A stretch of 59,156 nt of DNA, the filler included. It is 3 parts of 3 records of this genome, joined end to end, with 100 filler letters (N's around TTAATTAATTAA, not from the genome) between each part and the next. Parts side by side here need not be neighbours in the genome. Positions count along the whole stretch, not along the records: positions 25,939 to 48,986 come from SRR31156797_3168; positions 49,087 to 59,156 come from SRR31156797_3181; 1 more part is not named here. One strand, given 5' to 3'. The position numbers and the translations under genes were made by a program. The notes beneath the pieces were generated by a model that saw nothing but the letters and a program-made list of their open reading frames with translations, had not been told where the DNA came from and ran no database searches. Positions 41,066-50,363 of the stretch are shown piece by piece (position 1 is the stretch's first letter; each line of letters opens with the position of its first letter).

Positions 41066-42124
41066 CTATTCTAATTCACCAATATCTTTAAGGAATTCGG
41101 TCCAGAGCTCAACGCCTTTTTTGTTGCCTTCAGACTTGGCAGCAACTTGAGGCCATACTTTTTCAATGGAGGTCTGACGAATACGCTTTACTTCTTCTTC
41201 TGGCAGGGTGATAACTTTGCCGCCTGCTTTGGTCAGCACTTCAAGAGCATGGGTTACGCCCTGTGAGTGCAGTCGGCTGGTCTCAAAGTAAGTGGATTCG
41301 AATATTTCATTGATTCGATCACGCTGCCACTGGTTAAGAGCATTCCATTGATCCAAGTTGACGTAGATTTCCTGATGCTGGGAAGGACACCAACCAGGCA
41401 TTACTGCGTACTTGATTACTTCCTGGAAGGCCATGTCATCGATTCCGCCGGTATCCCAATAGGTCCCGTCGATGGTACCGAGCTTGATGGCGGTGTAGAT
41501 GTCACCAGCGTTCAAGGATACAGGAGAACCACCCATTGCTTGGTGGAACAGTGCCTGTGGGCCGCCGGCTCTCATTTTTTTACCCTTGAAATCTTCCATC
41601 TTGGCTACAGGATAAGTGGTGAATGCTGCGTTTGGTCCCTGGCTTGTCCAACCAACCCAGTGCAGGTTACGATCATTAGCCGCTTTTTGGATGATGTCAC
41701 CAATGCGATACTTAGGATCGCCCCACATGGCGGCCCAGGCATCACGATAGTTGTTTGCGCCCATAGCCATACCAAAGGCGAGGAAGCCTTCAGGCATATC
41801 TCCACCATAAACGGTTGCCCAACCAGCATAACCGTCAATCATACCGGCTGCGGTCGCTGCAAACGCTTCTGAACCTGAGGTAATTGCTCCAGCAGGTTCA
41901 AGCTTGATTTTAACGGTACCTTTGGTGGCTTCTTCTACTGCTTTTACCCAAGGAACAAGTCCGCTTCCCCAGCCTGCATCTGAAGAATCAAAACAGGGTT
42001 GAAATACCCATTTTGTAACTTTTTTGGGAGGACCATAATCGGCTCCTTTAGCCAGAGCAAGGCCAGGCGCTACCAAGCTAACGGCGAACAAACCAGCAAC
42101 TAAACCATTTGTGATTTTTTTCAT
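41066..42124 (-). CDS. dctP: TRAP transporter substrate-binding protein (DctP family)
   Basis: Signal peptide; VEEATKGTVKI, DFKGKKMR, GGSPV...DIYTAIKLGTIDG. Confidence 0.9.
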   Translation of the reverse strand: MKKITNGLVAGLFAVSLVAPGLALAKGADYGPPKKVTKWVFQPCFDSSDAGWGSGLVPWVKAVEEATKGTVKIKLEPAGAITSGSEAFAATAAGMIDGYAGWATVYGGDMPEGFLAFGMAMGANNYRDAWAAMWGDPKYRIGDIIQKAANDRNLHWVGWTSQGPNAAFTTYPVAKMEDFKGKKMRAGGPQALFHQAMGGSPVSLNAGDIYTAIKLGTIDGTYWDTGGIDDMAFQEVIKYAVMPGWCPSQHQEIYVNLDQWNALNQWQRDRINEIFESTYFETSRLHSQGVTHALEVLTKAGGKVITLPEEEVKRIRQTSIEKVWPQVAAKSEGNKKGVELWTEFLKDIGELE

Positions 42125-42247
42125 TGTGTTCTCCTTAAATGTCTCTTTCGTTTGTAATGGGGTGTGTTGAGAATTAAACCTATAATTCTACCAAACAAAC
42201 ATCTCCTACCAATTAGCTGATAAAGTACGTTGCATCAGCTAAAATAG

Positions 42248-42766
42248 TTATTTATCTGCCTGTTCATCCGAGGAAGTCAGGGTGATAATATCATTGATAA
42301 GCTTTTTGATAACAACAAGCAGTACTATGCAACCGGCAATGGGGATAAATGCTTTGATCGGATAGATCGGAATAGGTACGCCGGTCGGGGTAACCTGTTT
42401 GAATTTAATGGAGAGCATTGCAGCAGCATACCCTTTCCATATGAGTACGTATAAAAAGAGAAAAGTATAACCAACCGTCAGTATGTCGCAGACTGCTTTT
42501 TTCTTTTTGGAAAAATTTGCATAAAAGAGATCAAGCTTAACAAAGGCGTTATGGTTGAGAGCATAAGCTCCACCAACGCACGCCATCAGCACCATGGCTG
42601 CCTGAATGGTTGTTCCGATCCAAAGCGAGGGTTTGTTCATGACGTAACGAAGAAAAACGTCAGTAACACCAAAAATCATACAGTACAGAACCAGGATCCA
42701 GCCGATCCTTCCCATAAGCTCGACTAGTAAATCAATAGCCTTTTCTATTATCTTCCACAATTTCAT
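42248..42766 (-). CDS. dctQ: TRAP transporter small permease
   Basis: 4 TM; DVFLRY..NKP..W, GGAYAL..FVKLD. Confidence 0.9.
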   Translation of the reverse strand: MKLWKIIEKAIDLLVELMGRIGWILVLYCMIFGVTDVFLRYVMNKPSLWIGTTIQAAMVLMACVGGAYALNHNAFVKLDLFYANFSKKKKAVCDILTVGYTFLFLYVLIWKGYAAAMLSIKFKQVTPTGVPIPIYPIKAFIPIAGCIVLLVVIKKLINDIITLTSSDEQADK

Positions 42767-42815
42767 TATTATTCTCCCTAATTGTATCTTTGTTGTAGAT
42801 TTCTATGATCGTCGT

Positions 42816-44123
42816 CTAATTCATCAGGCTTGGAAGCCATAACGCGATCTGTGGGAAAATGTAAACCAATGCCAAACCGAGTACCTGCAGGCAAATGAAG
42901 GGCCAAACAGATTTATATACATCGCCCATGCTGACATCCGGTGGCAGGATACTTTTGATCCAGAACAGAACAAATCCAAAGGGCGGTGTTAGGTAGGCAA
43001 TCTGGATGTTAACGATAAAGAGAACACCAAACCAGAGTTTGTCGATGCCCAGTTCATTAATAATGGGGATGTACAGAGGAGTACAGAGCATGATGATTGC
43101 CCAGTCATCCATAACCATACCAAGCAGCAGGATAATAAACATCATCATCAGCAGGATGCCGTTTTCACCACCTGGCATACCAAGAACCATGGAAGTTACC
43201 AATTCCTGGCAACCTAGCGAATTGAAGATGTTGAGATAAACATTTGCACCGATCAGAATCCAAAGGCCCATGCCGGAAAGTTTGAGGGTTGTTTCCAGGG
43301 AATCTTTAAATACTTTCCAGGTGAGTTTGCCGTAAACAGCATTGATAAGACAAGAACCGGTTGCTCCGAATGCGGCAGCTTCTGCAGGGGTGGCGATTCC
43401 GCCCCAAATAGCACCCAGAACAATGATAACCAGGAGTACAAACGGCCAAATAGCGACAACAGCCTGTACTTTTTCCCCGACAGTAAATTTTTCATCCTCT
43501 GGGATTGCAGGACCCATATGAGGTTGGATTTTACAACGTACACCAATGTAGATGATGTAAAAGGTCGCAAGCATTAAACCAGGAAGTACGCCACCAAGAA
43601 ACAGGCCACCTATGGATACTTTTGCAAGGAGCCCGTAGAAAATGAAAGGGACACTGGGTGGGATGAGCGCACCAAGTGCTCCACCAGCCCCGATGGACCC
43701 GATGGCAATATTTCGTTTGTATTTGTATTTCATCATGGACGGGTAGGCGATTTGGCCCATGGTGATCGTTGCTGGCGGGGTAATACCGGTGATGGCAGCA
43801 AAAATAGTGCAAACCATAACCGTTCCCATGGCAAGGCCGCCATGGATGTGACCGATTAGCTTATACACCGCATCGTATGCAGCTTCTGCGATTCCGGAAA
43901 ATCGAATAAGGCTTCCCATGAATAAAAATAAAGGAACCGTCACAAGTACATGGTTCCATGGGGTGTAGTAAAAGGCACTAGGGATAGCTAACAGAGCACG
44001 GGGCTCAAAAAAGAATGCGAAGGCAACAGCTGTGCCTCCCAATCCCAGGGCAACTGGTAGCCCCAAAAAGAGCCCAATGAACAGGCAACCAAAGTATAAT
44101 AGGGTAATTAGTTCAATACTCAT
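42816..44123 (-). CDS. dctM: TRAP transporter large permease
   Basis: VPLFLFMG, GALGALIPPS, ATPAEAAA, YLTPPFG. Confidence 0.93.
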   Translation of the reverse strand: MSIELITLLYFGCLFIGLFLGLPVALGLGGTAVAFAFFFEPRALLAIPSAFYYTPWNHVLVTVPLFLFMGSLIRFSGIAEAAYDAVYKLIGHIHGGLAMGTVMVCTIFAAITGITPPATITMGQIAYPSMMKYKYKRNIAIGSIGAGGALGALIPPSVPFIFYGLLAKVSIGGLFLGGVLPGLMLATFYIIYIGVRCKIQPHMGPAIPEDEKFTVGEKVQAVVAIWPFVLLVIIVLGAIWGGIATPAEAAAFGATGSCLINAVYGKLTWKVFKDSLETTLKLSGMGLWILIGANVYLNIFNSLGCQELVTSMVLGMPGGENGILLMMMFIILLLGMVMDDWAIIMLCTPLYIPIINELGIDKLWFGVLFIVNIQIAYLTPPFGFVLFWIKSILPPDVSMGDVYKSVWPFICLQVLGLALVYIFPQIALWLPSLMN

Positions 44124-44584
44124 CGTTTCTCCTTGTTTCTCCTCGTTAACTCCATTTGGTGTCCTGCGCTAACTCACGCCGCTGTGAGTCGTTTCTATAT
44201 CTAGTGCCTAACCACTTCTGTCCATCTTCAAATGATACCCCCTTGAGCTGTTAAACAGAAAAATATATTGGTTTGCCTCAACGGTAGTGCTGAAGAATAT
44301 TTTTTTTGTTTGTGGCTGAAAGCTAATAGAAAAGGGGCAAATAGGATAAGCACCGACCGGAGGTTCGGTGCAATGTGTTTGGATGAAATTTGTGAAGACT
44401 GGGCTGTGGGTAACCAACATAAAGACGCAACTCAGTAAGTTCCTGCTTTTTCTTTTTAACAAAAAAAGTGACTTTTTCTGCGTGTGTTCATTCAAGTATC
44501 TTTAGACTTTTCAACATCAAAAAAATAGTTATCTATGTTTTTGATGTTGCGTGGCTCTATGTATCAATTTTATTCATGAAGAAG

Positions 44585-44598
44585 TCTAATATATTAGA
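44585..44598. promoter_or_regulatory. palindromic operator TCTAATATATTAGA upstream of the TRAP operon
   Basis: Perfect 14-bp palindrome; minus-strand TTGACA at 44623-44628; core shared with 40812-40823. Confidence 0.62.
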
Positions 44599-45247
44599 TA
44601 TCTAGTACAATGTATCACACGGTGTCAAGTGTTTTCTTGCTGTTTGAGAGGGCTTTCAGCCTGTCTTGAGAAAATCAGAAGTTACTCTTTTTGCGATAAA
44701 GATAGAACCTGCGGATATTAAAAGAAAAGTTGATGGCAGCTCTTGTTTGCACGACAAAACACCGTTAGAAAATAACATAAGCTGCAGAAAAAAGAGGAAA
44801 TCGTTGGACGATGTTGATGGAAGAAGAGCGAACAGTATCAAGTGGGAATGAGAAACAAATTGACGAGGAGACTGTTGGATGATGTCCTTTTTAAAAGATA
44901 CTGCTCGCGGGTAAGCGTCGACTCAGGCACCAGTCATATCGCTGTGCTGGACCTGCCCAAAAAACGAAGGAATCAGGAAAGAAAGACGTTCGTCAGCAGG
45001 TGGCTTAGAAAACCCTTGAAAAAACACCGAGAAGGGAAAGAGCATAGCTGCGGATCTCAGACGAGAAACCGGCTCTGTGGATCTTTGGGACAACAGGGGG
45101 CACTGGAAGGGTAGATTGATAGTGCTCGGAATACTGTTTTGCGGATTAAGCCAATACTTGCCGCAATTTATTTACCTACAGGGTATGCAAGATAGCACCT
45201 GGTAAAGCAACGCGAGGTGTTTCGTGGCTTATAAAAAAGAGGCAGTT

Positions 45248-45922
45248 TTAGGCTGGCATCTCCACATTCTTTTTGTAAAAAGCATAAATGAAGTCTTTTT
45301 GGTACTCATATGACCAGTGCTTATCCTTGAGGATTGAGCCTGCTTCCTTTCCCTTTCCTGCTTTCAGTTGCTCGATGAATTGGCTATGTTCTTCACAGTT
45401 TCGCATCTCCCATTCCGGAATAAAATTATGGCGGGGGAAATCGTACAAGCGATGTTTTATGGGAAGAATGAATTTTTTGAGCAGTTCATTGTCGGAACTG
45501 TCAACGTAAAGGCTATGAAACTCAAGATTGGTTTCAAAGATTTTAGAAAAATCGTTATTTTGGATATCTTTGATCATCATCTCATTGAGTTTTTCCAACT
45601 CCTGAATATGAGATGTGGTAATATGCTCAATCCCTTTTTCAACAATGAAAGCTTCAATGAGCCCGACTGCCTCGTAGGCATTTTTGACGTCGCTTATTTT
45701 GAGTTCGTTGACCAATACTCCACGCCTGGGAATAATGGTGACAAAACCCTCTAGCTCAAGATGAATCAGGGCATCGCGCAGTGGGGTCTTGCTGATACCG
45801 AGTTCAGAGGCGATTTCTCCGATATTAATGGTTGAGCCAGGGGTGAGGTTTCCGTTAATCATCTCTGTACGCAAATAGGCGTAGACTTGTTCACTCAGAG
45901 ACGAGAATTTTAATGCACCCAT
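45248..45922 (-). CDS. GntR family regulator (FCD domain)
   Basis: SLSEQVY, LGISKTPLRDAL..LE.EGFV..PRRG; ATG at 45922 with AAAGGA RBS preferred. Confidence 0.92.
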   Translation of the reverse strand: MGALKFSSLSEQVYAYLRTEMINGNLTPGSTINIGEIASELGISKTPLRDALIHLELEGFVTIIPRRGVLVNELKISDVKNAYEAVGLIEAFIVEKGIEHITTSHIQELEKLNEMMIKDIQNNDFSKIFETNLEFHSLYVDSSDNELLKKFILPIKHRLYDFPRHNFIPEWEMRNCEEHSQFIEQLKAGKGKEAGSILKDKHWSYEYQKDFIYAFYKKNVEMPA

Positions 45923-46048
45923 AGCTTTGATCCTTTCCAATCTATTAAAAAGTTATACTTTCCTGCCAACAAAGGTATTCATCCTACAACACTGTAAGAT
46001 GATGTCAAGTGACAGGAAAGTATAAAATATTACAACTTCAGTGCTGGT

Positions 46049-47161
46049 TTACAGAAATTTATCAACCGGGGTGTAATCCAGGCCAAAAGCCTCTGCAACG
46101 GCCTCAAAGGTAACCTTACCTTTAATAACGTTAGCACCCAATTTGATTTCATTGTTTTCTTGCATTGCAGCTTTCCAGCCTTTGTTAGCAATTTCGATTG
46201 CATAGGGAAGGGTAGCATTCGTCAATGCACGGGTGGAGGTTCTGGCAACCGCACCAGGCATGTTGGCAACACAGTAGTGAATAACGCCGTCAACAACAAA
46301 GGTCGGTTCGTCGTGGGTGGTAGCTTTTGAGGTCTCAAAACATCCGCCCTGGTCGATGGCAACATCAACGATAACAGAACCGTCTTTCATGTCCTTGAGC
46401 ATGTCTTGGGTGAGCAGTTTCGGAGCTTTAGCACCCGCAACCAGAACAGCGCCAATAACAACATCAGCATCCTTGAGCAGCTTGCGCAGGGTTACTTCGT
46501 CAGACATGACCGGGAAACAGTTAGCAGGCATGACATCGTCGAGATAGGCGAGTCTTTCCAGGTTGCGGTCGAGGATATACACTTTTGCTCCGAGACCACA
46601 TGCCATTTTTGCAGCGTTCATACCGACAACACCGCCACCGATAACTACCACGGTTCCTGGCTCAACACCGGTTACTCCACCGAGCAGGATACCGCGTCCG
46701 CCTTGTGGCATTTCGATGAACTTGGCAGCTTCCTGAGTTGCCATGCGACCTGCAACTTCACTCATTGGAACCAACAGAGGCAAAGAGCCGTTGTCTTTTT
46801 CAATGGTTTCGTAAGCAATAGCGATTGATTTAGATTTAACCAGCGCATTGGTTTGTGGTTCATCTGCGGCAAGGTGCAGGTAGGTGAAAACGATCTGATC
46901 TTCACGGATCATGTCGTATTCAGAAGGCTGTGGTTCCTTCACATGCATAACCATATCAGACTTGGCATAGATTTCTGCTGGGGTATCAATGATGGTAGCA
47001 CCTGCGGCTACATACTCAGCATCGGGGTACCCTGCACCAAGACCGGCATTTTTTTCAACCAGCACTTCATGACCATTGCGAACCATGGCAATGACGCCAC
47101 CAGGAAGCATGCTGACCCTTTTTTCCGCAATTTTAATTTCTTTTAATATACCGACGATCAT
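46049..47161 (-). CDS. ald: alanine dehydrogenase
   Basis: KEIK..EKRV, HVKEP, LVPMSEVAGR, GGGVVG, VDVAIDQGGC, YCVANMPGAV. Confidence 0.97.
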   Translation of the reverse strand: MIVGILKEIKIAEKRVSMLPGGVIAMVRNGHEVLVEKNAGLGAGYPDAEYVAAGATIIDTPAEIYAKSDMVMHVKEPQPSEYDMIREDQIVFTYLHLAADEPQTNALVKSKSIAIAYETIEKDNGSLPLLVPMSEVAGRMATQEAAKFIEMPQGGRGILLGGVTGVEPGTVVVIGGGVVGMNAAKMACGLGAKVYILDRNLERLAYLDDVMPANCFPVMSDEVTLRKLLKDADVVIGAVLVAGAKAPKLLTQDMLKDMKDGSVIVDVAIDQGGCFETSKATTHDEPTFVVDGVIHYCVANMPGAVARTSTRALTNATLPYAIEIANKGWKAAMQENNEIKLGANVIKGKVTFEAVAEAFGLDYTPVDKFL

Positions 47162-47185
47162 TGTTTGATCTCCATCAATGGTTAG

Positions 47186-48583
47186 TTAGAATGTTTTTTC
47201 AATGGCAGCAGCTACTGCGCCTACTATGGTATCAACCTGCTCTTTGGTGATAATCAGACACGGAGCAAAGTTCATGATATTGTTTAAACCGTGGAAGCTG
47301 GAGTTGGTACGACCGACAATAACACCCTGGCCCATAACATTCCCCATCAGGGTAGCCATCTGGCCTTCGGTGATAGGTGCTTTAGTTGTTTGGTCAGTTA
47401 CAAATTCAACACCGCCAAAAAGTCCCTGGCCGCGAACGTCACCAACAACGTCATATTTTTTCAACTCTTCGAGCTTTTCGAGAAGATATTCGCCTATAAT
47501 TCGACTGTTTTCAACCAGATGTTCGTCGTCAATGATTCTGGTGCTTTCAAGAGCAGCAGTCATGGCAGAAGTACAACCGCCATAGGTACTGATGTCGCGG
47601 AAGTAGTTGAGGCGATCATTTTCGTCTGTAGGATCATTGAGGAAAACATCGTATACATGTTGCTTCACAACAGTTGCAGACAATGCTTCATAGGAGCTTG
47701 CCAGCCCTTTAGCCATGGTGATAATGTCGGGGTCAACGTCAAAATGTTCATGTCCCCAGAACTTACCGGTACGGCCAAAGCCGCAAACTACCTCATCCAT
47801 AATCATCCAGATATCGTATTTTTTACAGATTTCCTGAAGGATTGGATAGTATTCTTTGACAGGCTTGAGGATACCACCGCCTGCGGTGATAGGCTCAACA
47901 ATCAGACCGCCGATGGTGTCAGCGCCTTCTTTGAGGATAACGTCTTCTACTTTCCGTGCACACTCGATGTCACATTCACCGTATTTTTTATCATAAGGAC
48001 AGCGGTAACATGCGCAGTGAGGGAATTCAACAAAGCCTTCAACAAAAGGGCCGAAATCCTGTTTACGTTGAGCTTGACCAGTAGCGCTCATTGCGCCAAT
48101 GGTTGTGCCATGGTAGTCACGATCACGGTACATGATCTTGTACTTACCTTTGCGCTCTGGACTGATGCGGGAAGCTTGGCGAATAATCTTAAACGCTTTT
48201 TCGTTTGCTTCAGAGCCTGAATTGGAGAAGTAGACCTTGTCCATCCGAGGAAGTTTTTCAAGCAGAGTCTGGGCAAATTTAATAGAAGGAATGTTGCCGA
48301 AAACGCCAGCGAAATAAGGCATTTTTTTCAATTGAGCACAAACAGCATCAGCAATGGAATCGCGGCCGTATCCGACCATAACACTCCATACACCTCCGGA
48401 GGTTGCATCGAGATATTCCTTGCCGCGGATATCTTTTACCATCAGGCCCTGGCCTTCGACGATAATCATCTGTTCCTGGCTTTCAAACACTTTGTGTGGC
48501 TTAAGGTGATGCCAGAGAGCATCCTTGTCGGCCTTTACCATTTCTTCAGTATCGTATTCCAACCAATCTTTTGATGTTACCAT
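47186..48583 (-). CDS. tpa: taurine--pyruvate aminotransferase (class III PLP enzyme)
   Basis: DATSGGVWSVMVGYGR, SGSEANEK, DYHG, DEVVCGFGRTG, TMAKG, YFRDISTYGG; sits between xsc and ald. Confidence 0.85.
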   Translation of the reverse strand: MVTSKDWLEYDTEEMVKADKDALWHHLKPHKVFESQEQMIIVEGQGLMVKDIRGKEYLDATSGGVWSVMVGYGRDSIADAVCAQLKKMPYFAGVFGNIPSIKFAQTLLEKLPRMDKVYFSNSGSEANEKAFKIIRQASRISPERKGKYKIMYRDRDYHGTTIGAMSATGQAQRKQDFGPFVEGFVEFPHCACYRCPYDKKYGECDIECARKVEDVILKEGADTIGGLIVEPITAGGGILKPVKEYYPILQEICKKYDIWMIMDEVVCGFGRTGKFWGHEHFDVDPDIITMAKGLASSYEALSATVVKQHVYDVFLNDPTDENDRLNYFRDISTYGGCTSAMTAALESTRIIDDEHLVENSRIIGEYLLEKLEELKKYDVVGDVRGQGLFGGVEFVTDQTTKAPITEGQMATLMGNVMGQGVIVGRTNSSFHGLNNIMNFAPCLIITKEQVDTIVGAVAAAIEKTF

Positions 48584-48762
48584 GGGGTCTCCTCCCTAAA
48601 AGTGAATAAGGGATGCTTTTGTAAGAAAGTGTGAGCTAAAGTACCTGTTATTTGCAAAGGCACTGCCAGTACAACATATGGTCCTGTTGTCGACCAGTCC
48701 ATCGACTGGCAAGCGCCTTTGGTCTGTACAAAGGTTTATCTAATTACCATGTAAACCTGGAC

Positions 48763-48986
48763 TTATGCTCCCTGCTGGGGGCACATGTCAGCCTTGTCAA
48801 TTCCTGCAACTGCAACCGGCTTTTTCATTGCGTCACGACGGAAAGGTTCGCCAAGTTCCATGTTGGTCAGTACTTCGATGAAAGTGGTTTTGCCTTCTTC
48901 CATCTGAGCCTTGACGGCTGCTTTCAATGCTTCGGTAACTTCTTCCATGCTTTTAACCTGTACGCCTTCAACGCCGCATGCTTTGG
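48763..48986 (-). CDS. xsc: sulfoacetaldehyde acetyltransferase, C-terminal fragment (truncated by contig end)
   Basis: KACGVEGVQV..GKTTFIEVLTNMELGEPFRRDAMKKPVAVAGI matches the Xsc C-terminus; upstream of tpa-ald. Confidence 0.85.
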
Positions 48987-49086
48987 NNNNNNNNNNNNNN
49001 NNNNNNNNNNNNNNNNNNNNNNNNNNNNNNTTAATTAATTAANNNNNNNNNNNNNNNNNNNNNNNNNNNNNNNNNNNNNNNNNNNN
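48987..49086. other. artificial contig linker
   Basis: N44-TTAATTAATTAA-N44, identical to the first linker. Confidence 0.98.
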
Positions 49087-49288
49087 GAAACTAATTAAAA
49101 TTTATATAGTATGTTTTTGTGTAGCTCTTTATTAACTAGGTAAATTAACTTGCCTTTTCATTATATACTCGTTTCTCATGATATTCAAGATTTAAAATTA
49201 TTTTAGAAAATTCATCTGCGCGATTAGTTCATAATTGGGAATTAGTTGAAAGACCTTATGATATGGACTATAAATTTTCCCTATACAT

Positions 49289-49324
49289 AAAAAAGCATCA
49301 CATGCATATCACATGTGATGCTTT
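49289..49324 (-). terminator. terminator after the PfkB gene
   Basis: AAAGCATCACATG-CATATCA-CATGTGATGCTTT stem with an A-tract on the left. Confidence 0.75.
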
Positions 49325-49393
49325 AAAATTTTATTTTCTTCCACAGCTATATTTTATCCGGCTTCATAAAATTGTAATTTATAAAATATTTAT

Positions 49394-50293
49394 TTAGTTT
49401 TTTACATAAAGTTCTCTATATTTTTCCTCCAGCTCCTCTTTATTCATAAAACCTTGAGATGCTGTAGCATATTTAATCTTTTCTGATGCGAAAATCTGAG
49501 CCTTTTTCATTGATACTTCCGGTGAATCACCATTGAAATAACAATGTATGAAGCTGGCAAAAAGAGAATCACCTGCTCCAACAGTATTTACAACTTTAGT
49601 AGGAATAGCAGGGTAATGCTTAATCAGGCCATTTACACTTAACATGCAACCTTCCGCTCCCATTCCAACACAGATGATCTTAAATTTATATTGCTCATAT
49701 AGTCCAGTGAGCAGTTGATTGAGATCACCATCAAAATGATCACTACTGAAAAATATGATATCTGAATGTAACATGAAAGGTTTTCCATAATCATTAAATA
49801 AGTTATCAATAGTTTGCATATCACATACGATAGGTATCCCTTTATCCTTAACAAAAGGCAAAAGTTCTCTGGAAAATCCTGCCATAGAGAACATAGCTAC
49901 ATCATAATCATTATTAATATGTTCATATGTTTCAGGTTTCATTTTATACATATAGTCTTTTCGACCTTCTCTAAGTATCGAGCGTCTACCATCTTTATCA
50001 AATAAAATAACTGATACAAGGGATTCCTTGTCCTTTTGATCAATCAAACATTTTGCACCAGTGTCTGTTATAGCTTGTTTGATAACAGGAGCAAAACGGT
50101 CATTACCAATTCCTGTTAAAAAAGTAGAATTATCTCCAAGACCTCCCAGAACTAAGCAATGACTGTAAGCTACCCCTGCAATATCCATAGCGACTTTATC
50201 ATCCATAAACATAATAGATTGATATTCATATGGGAATGAATCTATTGGGATATTGATCTGTAAACCTGCAGTTCCAAGTATAAGTGCTTTCAT
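49394..50293 (-). CDS. PfkB family carbohydrate kinase
   Basis: GIGND, GMGAEG, VVNTVGAGDSL PfkB signature. Confidence 0.9.
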   Translation of the reverse strand: MKALILGTAGLQINIPIDSFPYEYQSIMFMDDKVAMDIAGVAYSHCLVLGGLGDNSTFLTGIGNDRFAPVIKQAITDTGAKCLIDQKDKESLVSVILFDKDGRRSILREGRKDYMYKMKPETYEHINNDYDVAMFSMAGFSRELLPFVKDKGIPIVCDMQTIDNLFNDYGKPFMLHSDIIFFSSDHFDGDLNQLLTGLYEQYKFKIICVGMGAEGCMLSVNGLIKHYPAIPTKVVNTVGAGDSLFASFIHCYFNGDSPEVSMKKAQIFASEKIKYATASQGFMNKEELEEKYRELYVKN

Positions 50294-50363
50294 AGTACCT
50301 CCTAAAAAATATTCTAAATTGTTTTGAAAATATCATAGATCCTCTAGTCAAAATGACTCAATA

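Noticed and set aside
44255-44440. GGCAAACC and GACGCAA words suggesting a c-di-GMP-I riboswitch
   Set aside because: The words are on opposite strands and the GAAA-capped stem is missing
44860-44990. GGAGA, CTCAGG and CGAAGG words suggesting a glycine riboswitch
   Set aside because: The elements are in the wrong order and no + strand gene lies downstream
47291-48220. 309-aa plus-strand ORF
   Set aside because: Antisense shadow of tpa
48652-49038. 128-aa plus-strand ORF running into Ns
   Set aside because: Antisense to xsc and extended through the artificial gap
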